From contig NW_021835959.1 in the NCBI RefSeq assembly GCF_006345805.1, forward strand, positions 112,005 to 176,004: a stretch of DNA of 64,000 bases. The letters are read 5' to 3'. The notes under the pieces are model-generated. The model did no database searches and was not told the DNA's origin. It was given only the letters and a program-made list of their open reading frames with translations. The stretch is from Octopus sinensis (lineage: Eukaryota). Shown here piece by piece: positions 48,703 through 61,629 of this stretch; within the stretch, counting starts at the first letter, position 1, and the number at the start of each line of letters is the position of its first letter. A program made the translations under genes and the position numbers.

Positions 48703-49056
48703 ATATATATATATATATATATACATACATACATATACAGTCCACAAATGAGATTCAGAGATTCTCTATATAGAAGACACTGGAGTAGTGTTCAAAAGAT
48801 TCTAACTTACACTCCTATGTCTTTACAGGGCATTGATTTGACAAAGTAACGAAATGCTATAAGCGGGATCGTCCATATACACTATAGGTGTCTTTTCAGT
48901 TTCTGTCTCTGAAACTGATCCCACAATTCATTAGTCAACTCCAGGTTACAGTAGGGCATTCAGTGGGGAGGGGAGATGCAGAAAGAAATGACTGAAGTGA
49001 ACATTTTAACTGCACTTCCATTCCTATATGCTAACTCATAAGCACACACAATATTT

Positions 49057-49460
49057 GGATCCTTGCGGTTTGAACAGCAGTTTTTTCTAGCGGTGTCATA
49101 TGAAATTGTCACCCATAATTATGACCCTACTATCGATCTATTACATTTCAATCTGTTTTAGGGTTAGGGGTGGAGGGAAGGGTATATTTTTTTCTTCACA
49201 AATGTAAATAAACCCAATCTGTTTCTTAAACCAGGGACATATTCATATGGCACAGAATGTTTTTTTACCTCAATGGACGACAGTGATTGGTTGAAATTGC
49301 AGAAAAAAAAACAACAAATATCTTACAAACTATAGAATTTTCTCAATAAAGCCAAGAGAAAAAGATGTTTTATAAACACATTCTACCAGTATACGAAGTT
49401 TAAAATTTTTTAGTTACCTAGAAATTATGTTAAAAACTGCCGTTCAAACCGAAAAGATCC
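49057..49460. mobile_element. Merlin-like MITE, second copy (opposite orientation to 6796)
   Basis: Same TIRs and interior; 8-bp TSD CAATATTT at 49049-49056 and 49461-49468. Confidence 0.88.
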
Positions 49461-50279
49461 CAATATTTATATCCCTATTTTTTATTACTCACAATACTCC
49501 CACTCATACTCCATATAATTTACAGCCTCCCACATATGCGTGTGTGTGTGTGTGTCTACATATTGTGAAAACTGAAAACAAGTGATGTAGAAACAAAACA
49601 CCAATTAATAACAATTCTAACACATAATCAACTTAGCGAACCCTGTTCCTTGTCATTCTTTTTGATTTTTGGTAGTCATTTTTTCTTTTGTTTTCGAATA
49701 TCTGTTCTTTCTTTCTTTCTTTCTTTACTTTTTCGTGGGTGGGAGTTATGATGTTCTTCCTAGTTTCTGATTGTTATTATGATTATTATTATTATTACTT
49801 TGGCATCTGAAAGTCATTTTCAAGTGTTTCTTGAAGACTACTTTCGAATAAGGAGAAAGGGAAGTCTGAGAAAAGAAGGGATGAAAAGTAAAAGAAAGGA
49901 ATAAGAACAAACATGAATATCACAAAACGAAATAGAAAAGAGAGAAAGAAAGGGAAAAAGAGAGAAAGGGTGGAAGAGATAACGTATATTTCTAGGTCAT
50001 ATGGAGGAAAAAAACAGAAGAAAAAAACGTCCAGTTTTCAGAAAAGCAAAGAAAACAAAAATTTTTTTTTCCAAATCTTTTGAAACAGAAAGTAGAAAAT
50101 GGGTGACAGAATAGGGAGAGAATAAGGAAGTAGTAGAAAGGTAGTGGGGATGGGGAAGAAATGAGAATGCGGTAGAAGATTCTGTTGGTAAAGTTGGTAT
50201 TGAGGATAGAGATGTCAGTAGAAAATACTGAAGACTGAACGAGTGAGGGAGTCAGTGTCAATTTTTTTTTTTTAGGCAA

Positions 50280-50710
50280 AACGTGAGATAAAATAAAAAA
50301 TATAATAAAACGTTGAGAGGAGACGGGAAAGTGAGATCATGCGAGAGAAAGAGACAGAAAAGAGAACAGAAGAAAGAAATAGGAGAGAAAGAAGGAGAGA
50401 GAGGGGGCAAGGAGATAGAGGAACAGGAGAGAAAGAGAAGGGAAAGAGAGGGACAGGTAAAGAGGAACAGAGAGAGAGCGAGAGAGAGGGATAGCGAAGC
50501 GAGTGAGAGAGGGACAGAGACAGTGAGTGAGAGGGGGACAGGTAGAGAGGAACAGAGAGAGAGAGAGAGCGAGGGAGAGGGATAGCGAAGCTAGTGAGAG
50601 AGGGACAGAGACAGTGAGTGAGAGGGGTACAGGTAGAGAGGAACAGAGAGAGCGAGAGAGAGGGATAGCGAAGCGAGTGAGAGAGGGACAGAGAGAGTGA
50701 GTGAGAGAGA
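50280..50710. repeat. GA-rich purine tract with ~70-bp tandem units
   Basis: GAGAGGGATAGCGAAGC(G/T)AGTGAGAGAGGGACAGAGA repeated three times. Confidence 0.85.
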
Positions 50711-50789
50711 ACCAAAATTCTGAGAGATCAAAGAGTAAAAAAAAAACAAAATTATTCAGGTTGACAGAGATGGAGAAAGATTTTATGCA

Positions 50790-51135
50790 ATAGTTTGTGA
50801 CGTAGACAGCAAAGCAATAAATGATGACGTATGTTAGTGAGTAAAGCAGAAATAAAATAAACGAGTGTAGCCAGCAAGTTGAGTGAGAGTGCGTGCGTGA
50901 GTGAGTTCTCCAAGTGGCTGAATTTACCCAGCACTGAGATAGAGAGAAAGAGAAAGACTAGTAACCAGAGTGGGAGATACACATACCTAAGGAGGAACCG
51001 TCGCCTGTTCTGTCTGTCGGTGTACTGTAAACGGGCATGTTGTGACATTCAAGTGAAAATATCTACCGGTTGCCATAAAAAAAATTACAAAGAAAATAAA
51101 TAACAAAGAAGCCAAAACACCTAAATCAAGTAAGC
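50790..51135 (+). promoter_or_regulatory. Possible promoter and non-coding first exon
   Basis: Unique CpG-containing sequence; two TGACGTA CRE-like sites (50798, 50825); donor CAA|GTAAGC at 51130. Confidence 0.3.
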
Positions 51136-52899
51136 TAACGTTCTTTTTAGTTGTACTAATTGTTTTAAATTTGAATCATCCATAGGTCAGCTTGTTTATA
51201 TTCTCTGATCTCATTTCTTGTCAATTTCGTGTGTTTTTGCCCGTCCCTTCGTCTGCCCGTCCGTCCGTTCGGTCGTTTACTTACTGAGATCTCTCTCTAC
51301 CCGTATTTATCTATTTATATATTGATAGTTTTATGTATGTTTGATCGGTACTGAATACTTCTTGTAAATAAGAGATTGTTTTTTTCTTTTTCTTGTCGGT
51401 TTTTTTCTTTTCACTCCTCATTTCGACCATCAATCACACACCCATTATTTGCCTACGTTCGTTCAAACGAACGTTCTTTTCAGGAAACGATCAGAAATGA
51501 TGCTTGTGATTAACTAAAAACAAAATTTGTTGTGATTCCAGTACCACTACAACCACTACTACCAACATCTCCAATAATAATAATAATCATTCTTTTGTTA
51601 TAGGCACAAGGCCTGAAATTTTGTGGGGGAAGGGGGCAAGTCGATAATTTCGACCCTAGTATTCAACTGGTACTTATTTTATCGACCCCGAAAAGAATAG
51701 GGATTATGATAATAATTATCATTAGTATTAATGGTGATTAACAGTATCATATAATTGTGCAATGTGTATTTGTTTGACAAAATGTAAAAGTCTGTAAACC
51801 TTCTTCAATGCTAAGCCGAGTTATTTTTGTCATTAAGGCCTCCTAACATGCTCCTCCATGAAGCATGTATATATATACATACGGCCATCATAAACACCGA
51901 AACACGCAAACGAGGAAGTGTCACGAAACACATACACACACACTCACACACACACACTCACACACACACTCATACACACCCACTCACACACGCGCACACA
52001 CACATGTATATGTATACAATACTCTTTAAGGTGAGATATTTGTACACATCCCTGTTTTATATACAGCAATAAAAACAATACAACACACGTACATTTAGAA
52101 ATTATATAAATCAACCGCAGTGTGTACCTGTACACACGAATATTGTTGTAGTGTAACGCACACAGTGTCAGACAGACCCATTGCTATCAACATTCTTGTA
52201 CCGTGACCAACTGTAAATAAACGTGGTATTTTAAGGCATCTTAAAGCTTCGCTAAATTGTCATTGTTACTTTTGATCAGCCAGGTATAAATGGTTTGTTG
52301 GGGTTCAAAACCGTTGCATCACTCTATATGTTTATAGCCATCACACTTCACATTTTCGCCTCTTTTAGCCGTTGGAAAAGTACGATCGTTACTTTATCCC
52401 AGTTTCTCATCTACCTAAATATGTCTTTGTGCTGTGCCTTATATTAAGTTTTTGTATTATGATAGTTATATAAAGAGTATAACAGAATTAAGCTACCGAG
52501 AAACCAAAGTCCGTGATGCGGTTTCAAATCCTCTTGAGAAAGGCATGAACGTCGCTTCATTACATTTCCTCCTACCCTATTAATTGAAGCACTGTGCCTT
52601 ATGATGTAAGAATTATTTAGTTTATCGGCGGCTTCTTACTCGCAATGTAAGTCAAGTAGTCTTTAACTGGTAAATCATACCTCATCGCCCTTTTATATCT
52701 ACAACTGCACACTTATACAAATAATAATAGACGTGTGAATTCCCATGTCAATAGACGGTAGATGTTGATCTGGATTTCCAACTCTTATCCACCACGATTT
52801 GAGTCTAGATTGTTTGACAGTCATAATGGTACTGACTCTCGCCAGCTCCACCCATGTTTTGCTTGGAGACAGAAGTCACTCACGCCAAGTACCAAACAC

Positions 52900-52928
52900 A
52901 TACACACGTGTGTGTGTGTGTCTATATG

Positions 52929-52981
<53 letters not shown>

Positions 52982-53015
52982 TATATGCAAACACACACCA
53001 TATATACGTGTATGC

Positions 53016-53051
<36 letters not shown>

Positions 53052-53080
53052 GCAAACACACACCATATATACGTGTATGC

Positions 53081-53129
<49 letters not shown>

Positions 53130-53155
53130 AACACACACCATATATACATGTATGC

Positions 53156-53187
<32 letters not shown>

Positions 53188-53803
53188 TTACATACACGTA
53201 TGTATGTGTATACATATTATTAATGTACTAAAACAACTCAATACAAATATGTATTTGTATGGATAAGTGTTTTTAAAATTCATAGCGACTTTAAATAAGT
53301 GCATATGTGAGCGTATATGTATAAATTATATTATCTATATTTTATTTATGTGTATTCGTTGTACGCCTCGCCTTATCGCTCGCTTGTTTATTTTTTTTTT
53401 ACTCACACACTCGCACTCAAACACACTGAACAAAATCTAATCTATGGCTAAGAGTTCTTCTGATCGACTTAATATTACGTGTGGGCGATTGTTTTCCTAG
53501 TGGTTGTCATCATTCTTTTCAAGATAATATGCCAGCCTGTCTGCCTCTAACCATTAGGTACCAATTTTAATTTGGTGTCCTGTCTTCCCCTCTTCCTCCG
53601 TCACAAACTTCGTCAAGCACCGATTTCTCCTGTAAACTTCGCTTTCGCTTACATTCTACTATTGGACGGACCAGGAGCTTTTTGATAAATGTTATAATGT
53701 TCATTAAAAGCGTCAGATGAAAATGTGTGTATGTGTGCGAGAGAGAATATTGTCGAAAATGCTTCAGTCTTTAGAATTCATAGCGGCTTTAAATAGGTGC
53801 ATG

Positions 53804-53835
<32 letters not shown>

Positions 53836-54210
53836 TGAATTCACACACCTTCACACACCACACACACACATATATATATATATATATGTACACAAACATA
53901 CTAAATCACGTATACAAGTGTATAGAATAATGGATATCTATCTATAGATAGATATGTATATTCGTATGTACACACATGTGTATATATACGTGTTTGTGTG
54001 TGTGTTTGCATACGCCTATACACGTGTGAATTTATATATAATATACTTACCCACCTGCACACACACACACATATATGTATGTCTGTATATGTGTATGTAT
54101 GAAAATATATATATGTATGTATGTATATATATATATAATAGAAATATTAAAATTACTATGTATATATGTGTATGTACATATATATATATATGTATGTATA
54201 TGTATGTATG

Positions 54211-54243
<33 letters not shown>

Positions 54244-54256
54244 ATATATATGTATG

Positions 54257-54296
<40 letters not shown>

Positions 54297-54356
54297 TGTA
54301 TGTACATATATATGTGTATGTACATATATATGTGTATGTACATATATATGTGTATG

Positions 54357-54394
<38 letters not shown>

Positions 54395-54462
54395 TATATG
54401 TATGTACATATATATGTGTATGTACATATATATGTGTATGTACATATATATGTGTATGTACA

Positions 54463-54520
<58 letters not shown>
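52900..54520. repeat. (TA)n-based compound micro- and minisatellites
   Basis: ~60-bp units at 52.95-53.2 kb; 18-bp TATATATGTGTATGTACA units at 54.3-54.47 kb. Confidence 0.9.
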
Positions 54521-54523
<3 letters not shown>

Positions 54524-55158
54524 ACATTCAGATTCCACTCGAAAATAGGTTATTGCCAGGAATCCAAAGGGTCAGTTTTCAGTAAACCTATGCTACTACT
54601 ATTGCCAATAAATGATATATACATAAACCCTTTCATTTCTCGTAGTGCCCATGACAACAACATTGTGGCCTGATTTATTTTAATTAAACGTGCAGTCTCA
54701 TTTTCCTAATATGACTTTATGAGCTTCTTCCCCTCTCCCATTGGAAAAAAAAAGAACAAACAAGTGCCCGATTATCTAACATTCATTGAAATTATTTTCT
54801 CTTTTACTAGTCTTTCTAAACAGCATCCCTATTTTGCCTTCCTCCCTACCAAATCACTCAGTAGTTCACAAATCCATCCCTTTTACTGCTGTATTCCCCC
54901 AGCTCAATTCTGTGATTGCCATGCAAGGTTCTTTCTAAATATAGAGAAATACTTTCGTACTATTGTTAATATTTGTTTTTTTTTCTGTTAATTGCTCCCT
55001 TGGTTGTGTTTTTCTCGTCTCTCCTGTAGTCTATACCAGCAGAAATTGGTGTTTGTAATCCCTAGCTGATGCAGTAGGTAGCACCAGTTCAGGTAGAACG
55101 AACGACTCAATGCCTGTTAGTTGCATGTTTCCATGTACATGTGGGAACACGCGCGCGC

Positions 55159-55212
<54 letters not shown>

Positions 55213-57033
55213 GCATGTATATGTAGATATTTACGTGCATGCTTTGTTTTGTGAATGTTTGGTTGTTTATATTTGTATATATTTCGCGTATTGATGTATG
55301 TACACATGCATAATTATCAACACGCCAAACATTCATGCAAGTGCATAGACACATGCGCGCATGTTTATTACGAGCATGCATACGTGCAATACGTACATTG
55401 GCATACATAATTTATTATGTGTAGGTGTTGCGACGACCTATTCTTACACGTCCCCTGATCTGCTGTTACCGAAGGAATGCCAGAGATATTTATAAAGGGG
55501 ACAGATGGTGGGGGTTTAATTTGTTTTCTTGCTATGTGTGTTTGGGGCTTTCATTACTTCAGAATTTGGTGTATAAGTGAAATTACAAGAATTTCTATGT
55601 TTTCCTCAAATGAAAACAAATCCCTTTGGCAAACAACTCCCTTTTTTGATATTCAAATAAAATCGTTATTAAAGATAAATGTTTTTTCTCTTCTTTCAGC
55701 AGAGAATCATCATTTATTTCTCTTTTTATTTTTGGTGTGGTGGTTTTTAATAATCAATACAGTTTCAGGATAAAAAAAAAAAAAGGAGAAAAAGAAAACG
55801 GTAGAGGACCCCTAATATTCCCTTTAAATCTCAAGAAACAATGCTTTATCGCTGTAGCAGCAGTTTGGTTAGGGAAGCAATTTGGTTTTGTCATAGTAGT
55901 AACACGTGCCAACGAGCGCCTTCCTCCAAGTTGACGTTTGTTTTGATGAACAAATTAGGGATTAGATTTTCAGAGATGAGGCATGTGTACTCCCTACCAC
56001 CTCCTGCGCGCTACGACAGCCGTCAGCCTTTTATCCTAGCAATTCATTCATTGCTCTTGTTTATAATAGTAGCAGTATTATTATAGTAGTAGGGACTGGA
56101 CTTCTGTTTAGACTTACTCATTCTCCCACACCGTTATAATGCTGACCTGACCTGCAATGAATAGGTTACACAAATAGTAATAAACCAACTCCATTCCCAT
56201 CATGTTCTCTCTCTCTCTTTCTCTTCTCTTTTTTCTTTCTTTTTCCCCCCCATCTCTTTCTCTCTTTTTCTCCTTTCACAATTTCCCCCCACTCTCTCTT
56301 CCTACATTTTCTGTCTTTTTCCTTTCAAATTATCCCCTTCTTTTTTTTTTTTTTTTACTTCAATTCCCTACTTTCTCTCTTTCCCCAAATTCCCTATATT
56401 AATAACAAAACAAAACAAAACAAAAAATTCTTTCTCATTTCTTTGGCTTTCTTTTTTTTCTCTCTACCTCTTTTTTCTTTCCTATTTCTCTCTCACGCCG
56501 ACTTGTTCCCTTTTCTAGCCTTGAAAAAAAACCCCATCATTTTCTTCGTCCTTTCAAATTCATTTTCTTTTCACTTTCTCTTTTACTCTCAATTTCTTCC
56601 TCTTCTACATCATCTCTCTTTCTTTCTCCTCCTCCCTCTGTTATCTCTCATTAAAACATTTTATTAAATCTCTCATCTTGTGTAATCCGTTTTAGTTTTT
56701 CCATTCCCCTCTTCCCTTCTCTCTTTGAATGCTTATTCTCTTTATTAGTTGCATGCTATTACTTTATCCCTCTCACACATCTCTCTCTCTCTCTCTCTCT
56801 CCCCTTTTCTCTCTAGTTTACACACTTCATAAGCTCTGCCTGTGATCCTTTTTTGCGCAGACCCTATGCATCAATAACACTATATTGCAGTCTTTATATA
56901 TTGAGCATTTTCTCAAGCAACCATTATCAAGAATTATGCATGTACACCTACACACACACACACACACACACACACTTAAAATATAGTTTTATTTAATGCT
57001 TTATAGCCTTATTTTAAACATACATACATATAT

Positions 57034-57092
<59 letters not shown>

Positions 57093-57431
57093 TCACACAC
57101 ACTCAAACACACACATACACACACATATAATCATGATCATCATTTAACAGCTATCTTCCATGCTGACATGGATTGGGCTATACATATGTATAATATATAT
57201 GATTGTGTGTGTGTGTATGTGTGTATGTATTTATTTCTTTATATATATATATATGAATGTTTGTGTGTGTGTATCAATAAAATACAGGAAACATATAGTC
57301 TTTTATGCTTTATAAAAACATACATGCATTTTTGCAAATAAACTGCTAGGATTACATAATTGCTTGTTGAAACTCTATATAATCTTATTAATTCACCTCC
57401 TCAGTGTGTGTGTGTGTGAATGGAGATATAT

Positions 57432-58050
57432 TGTGAGGGTGTAAGGTCTAGTGGTTATGGGTGTTGCATTCACAATCGCAAAGTCATGGTTTCAGTTCTT
57501 GGACTGGATGGTGAGATGTGTTCTTGAGCAAAACACTTCATCTCATGTCGCTCTGCAGTCGGTTTGACATCTGATGTGTGCTACTCTGTGCCCCTGTACA
57601 GACAGTGTTGATTTGATGGAGGGAGTGAGATAATGTACAGTAAAAAGACATTTGATTGCTATAAACCAGGGGTTTTCAACCATCTTTTATCTATAGGCCC
57701 CTTTGATTACTATTTTATTCTGGTGGACCCCCCCCATAGCCATTTGATGGTTAAAAACTAGTTTTATAGAAGCTATTTTCGAAATTCCTATTTTATTTTT
57801 CGCACATTAATTTGTGTAGGTTGAACTATGTTAAATGTTAGAGAAAGAAAAAATCAAGCTGTTTCTTGCAATACATTCCAGTATATACATGTAAAGCAAA
57901 AATTTTTCAGGAGCCCTTAAAATGCTATTTTGGATCTGTCATTGACTATTTTGCTGCGTGGACCACCAAAAATCTTATATGGACCTTATATGAGAACCAC
58001 TGCTACAAACAAATCATCGTGCAGGTTGTCCAGCAAGAAATTTCGGAACT
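57432..58050 (+). mobile_element. Old tRNA-derived SINE (family G) interrupted by a MITE
   Basis: Decayed head GGTCTAGTGGTTA...GGTTTCAGTTC followed by TTCTTGAGCAAAACACTT body; single copy in the window. Confidence 0.55.
57667..58002. mobile_element. Charlie-type hAT MITE
   Basis: CAGGGGTTTTCAAC...TGAGAACCACTG; TSD CTATAAAC/CTACAAAC (7/8). Confidence 0.82.
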
Positions 58051-58138
58051 GCTATTCTCAGATTACAAGAGACTCCCATCACATATGCGCACGCATGTAC
58101 CCTCCCCCCCACACACACAGACACACACATTGATTTTA

Positions 58139-58249
58139 TTGAACCTGAGTTTTTATCTTACAACTTGAGTTTCACACCATGGCTATCTGTTCTAGCCTGA
58201 AGATTGCAGTTGCATGAAACTTGAGTTAGGAGATAAAATTCAGTTTCAA
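58139..58249. mobile_element. Diverged inverted repeat with hammerhead-like core (PLE-type)
   Basis: ~35-bp arms; CTGAAGA TTGC AGTT GCAT GAAA CTTGAG TT at 58197-58227. Confidence 0.55.
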
Positions 58250-58465
58250 GAAGTGACTACAACTTGTATTGAATGCATCTCCATCATTTGTTCAATACAA
58301 TCCAGCATTTGTGTTTGCTTATATATAGATATAGATATATATATATAATAAAAGGTGAGAAACTGGAGAGTTGGTAAGGATGTAAATCATTTTATTAACA
58401 TAGTTCCAAGATAAAATCTGAATACAAATAAATTTAATACAATAAGTTCAATATATAGTCCATAT

Positions 58466-59170
58466 GAAGGTGCATGGCTCATTGGTTAGAGCATTGGGCT
58501 CACAATCATGCGGTAGTGAGTTTGATTCCCGGGTTGGGCTGTGCGTTGTATTTTTGAGAGTGGCTGTGTGGTAAGTAGCTTGCTAACCAACCACATGGTT
58601 CCGGGTTCAGTTCCACTGCGTGGCATCTTGGGCAAAGTGTCTTCTGCTATAGCCCCGGGCCGACCAATGCCTTGTGAGTGGATTTGGTAGACGGAAACTG
58701 AAAGAAGCCTGTCGTATATATGTATATATATTTATGTGTGTGTATATGTTTGTGTGTCTGTGTTTGTCCCCCTAGCATTGCTTGACAACCGATGCTGGTG
58801 TGTGTATGTCCCCGTCACTTAGCGGTTCGGCAAAAGAGACTGATAGAATAAGTCCCGGGGTCAATTTGCTTGACTAAAGGCGGTGCTCCAGCATGGCCGC
58901 AGTCAAATGGCTGAAACAAGGTAAAGAGAGTAAGACTTTTTATTTCATGTTGCTCCCGTTTACTCATCTGTAGAAATCAGTTGCAATGTCACTGGTGCCA
59001 AGCTGTATCAGCCTTTGCCTTTCCCTTGGATAACATCTGTGACCTGGAGAGAGGAGGTTGGTATGCATGTGTGACTGCTAGTCTTCTATAAATAACTTTG
59101 CCTGGACTTGTGCCTTTGAGGGTAACTTTCTAGGTGCAATCCCATGGTCATTCATGACCAAAGGGGCTCC
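58466..59170 (+). mobile_element. tRNA-derived SINE family H with nested full-length SINE-A (58555-58932)
   Basis: Head TGGCTCATTGGTTAGAGC...GAGTTTGATTCCC; body resumes after the A-family tail. Confidence 0.7.
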
Positions 59171-61194
59171 TTTTTCCCTTCTGTCCATATAGTCCGTCTG
59201 ACAGTCTTACACTCAGTTAACAATGTTTACACAATTTCACTTTCAGGGTCAGAGTTATTTAGATGTTATGTGTGAAAATACTTGCCCAAAGTACCAGACA
59301 ATGAAATCAGACCTAGCGTCAGATTATGAAACAAACTTCTTAACCATTTAGTCACAATTACATACACTGCAATGTGCATGCATGCACACACAAATTCACA
59401 GAATACACTCACATGGTCAGAAATATACTTCTTTCTTAGCTAACCCCCCCTTTTTTTTTTTGAATCACAAGGAAGCATTTAGTTGATATTCATCTTTGGT
59501 TTCTTCAACATTAAAACAGCAAGAGATAAATCTATCACTAGATAGGCTGCTGGTTTGTCTTATCACAGGCAGTTCTTTTCACTGCAGGAGTTAAGCTCAA
59601 CACTGCATGATGACAAATCATTTGCTGGTTTTATAATGTTGCTGCTCCTGCTGCTGCTACTGTAGTGGGTTATTCATGTATTAGACCAAGGCTGCCCAGA
59701 ATTACACAACAACAGCAGCAGGTAATTATTGTATCGAGTACTGAGGAGTGAAGGGGTAAATTTACCTTAACAAGATTTGAATTCAGAGAATGGTGCAGGA
59801 TGAAACTAAATACTCTACTTATTCGTGAAACTGGATGTTGCATCAGTAGTTAAACTGATCCCATTTTATTGACTGATTCTTGGAAGGCAAAGTAAATTTG
59901 GTAGAATTTGCACCCCCACTCCCAAAAAAAAAACAAAAAAACTCAGAAGTATTTGATTCCTATTGAAAAGGTCAATGTTTATAGAGGTTGTGTGTGTATG
60001 GTGTTTGGGAAATTTTAAATTGCATTCATCTCCATATATTATCAGTAAAATTTTTTTAGTTGATAGTTGCAGGAATTGTGCGCAGTATCTTTCATCGTTT
60101 ACTTGTTTCAGTTATTAGACTGTGGCCATGCTGGGGCACCGCCTTGAAGAAGTTTTAGTTAAATGAATCAACACCAGTACTTACTTTTGGTTAAACCTGG
60201 TACTTGTATTGGTTTTTGTTTGCTGTACTGCTAAGTTACAGGGAACATAAGCACACCAACACTGATTGTCAAGCAGTGGTGGGGGACAAACACTGACACA
60301 AAGACACACACACACACAATAGGCTTCTTTCAGTTTTTGTCTAAAAATCCCCTCAAAGGCTTTGGTTGGCCCAAGGCTCAATGCACCCTTTTCTCTCTTC
60401 AAGCTGTCACATCCTTAATGTTCCATTGGGTCAAAAGAGAGAATACTGAGAGGGTGTCTATATCGCTTTTTCACTACATAGAGACCTAAAACAATTTGGT
60501 GATGTGAGCTACTAGGTTGTATTTGTATGTAAGTGATGTCTTAGCTAGTACCAAGTCAGTTCTGATTATATGATCCAAAACATTCCAGCCATGATGATCC
60601 TGTATTATACAAAGTGTTCCTAAATATATTATATCTTAATAAATTAAAACATAATCTACCTACAATCATATTATCCAGCATTCTTCTTTGTTACAGACTA
60701 TTGGGTATGATGTAAAGGATATTTGGCTGCAGTTTCTAGTAGATTGACCAACTGCATAGAGCTCTGGTAGAGACCCTCTTTTTGATTTACTAGAAACAGC
60801 AGTCAAATTTCCCTCAAGAGGCTGACAAGGGAAGCCACTGTATGAGTACTGGAGAACCTTATTAATAATCAGGGCATCTATAAGTGCATAAGAACCTGTT
60901 GGAGTACATATATGTTGAGAAAAATAATGAATCATTAATTATCCAAATTCATAAGTATGCAACTTATAGGCTTACACTGTTTTTTTTTTTACATATGGGT
61001 TAGTATAGAGAATGTCATTAACAGGGGGTGGTTTTCAAATTTAAATGTTAGCAGAAGAGGGTCTCTACCACAACCTTATGCATTTCACCAATCTGTGAGA
61101 AACTGTAACCAAATTTTCCTCTAATCATACTTAACAATCTTTAATAAGTAAAGTAGATTATCACTTAAATTATAAAACATAATATCTAATTGTG

Positions 61195-61612
61195 GCCGAT
61201 GCCAGTGCCAGTCATGGCCAATGCCAGTGCCAGTCATGGCCAATGCCAGTGCTGTCTGACGGGCACCCGTGCCGGTAGCATGTAAAAAGCACTGTTCAAG
61301 CATTGAGCCTCATGGAGGTAATGACAGGTGACCAAGACCCTTGGCAATATACAGTGCTTGTGTTGACCTGTCAAGCCAAGCGAGACCATAGTTGTGGTCA
61401 ATGCCAGTGACAAGTCAATGGCACCCATGCCGGTGGCCTGTAAAGAACACCCACTACACTCTCGGAGTGGTTGGCGTTAGGAAGGGCATCCAGGCATAGA
61501 AACCTTGCCAAATCAGATTGGAACCTGGTGCAGACCCTGGCTTAGCAGTTTTCAGTCAGACTGTCCAACCCATGCCAACATGGAAATCGGATGTTAAATA
61601 ATGATGATGATG
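61195..61612 (+). mobile_element. RTE 3' UTR fragment with subrepeats and (GAT)n tail
   Basis: Homologous to 30130-30612. Confidence 0.8.
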
Positions 61613-61629
61613 ATTTAGGACTACATTGT

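Noticed and set aside
52762-54673. Long ORFs such as 53954-54673 (239 aa) and many [12 protein letters not shown] ORFs elsewhere
   Set aside because: Translations of (TA)n, (CA)n and (TATG)n microsatellites, which lack stops in some frames.
60825-60910. C2H2 zinc-finger linker-like STGEPY / GHL*VHK
   Set aside because: No CxxC at the right spacing and multiple stops; too short to support.
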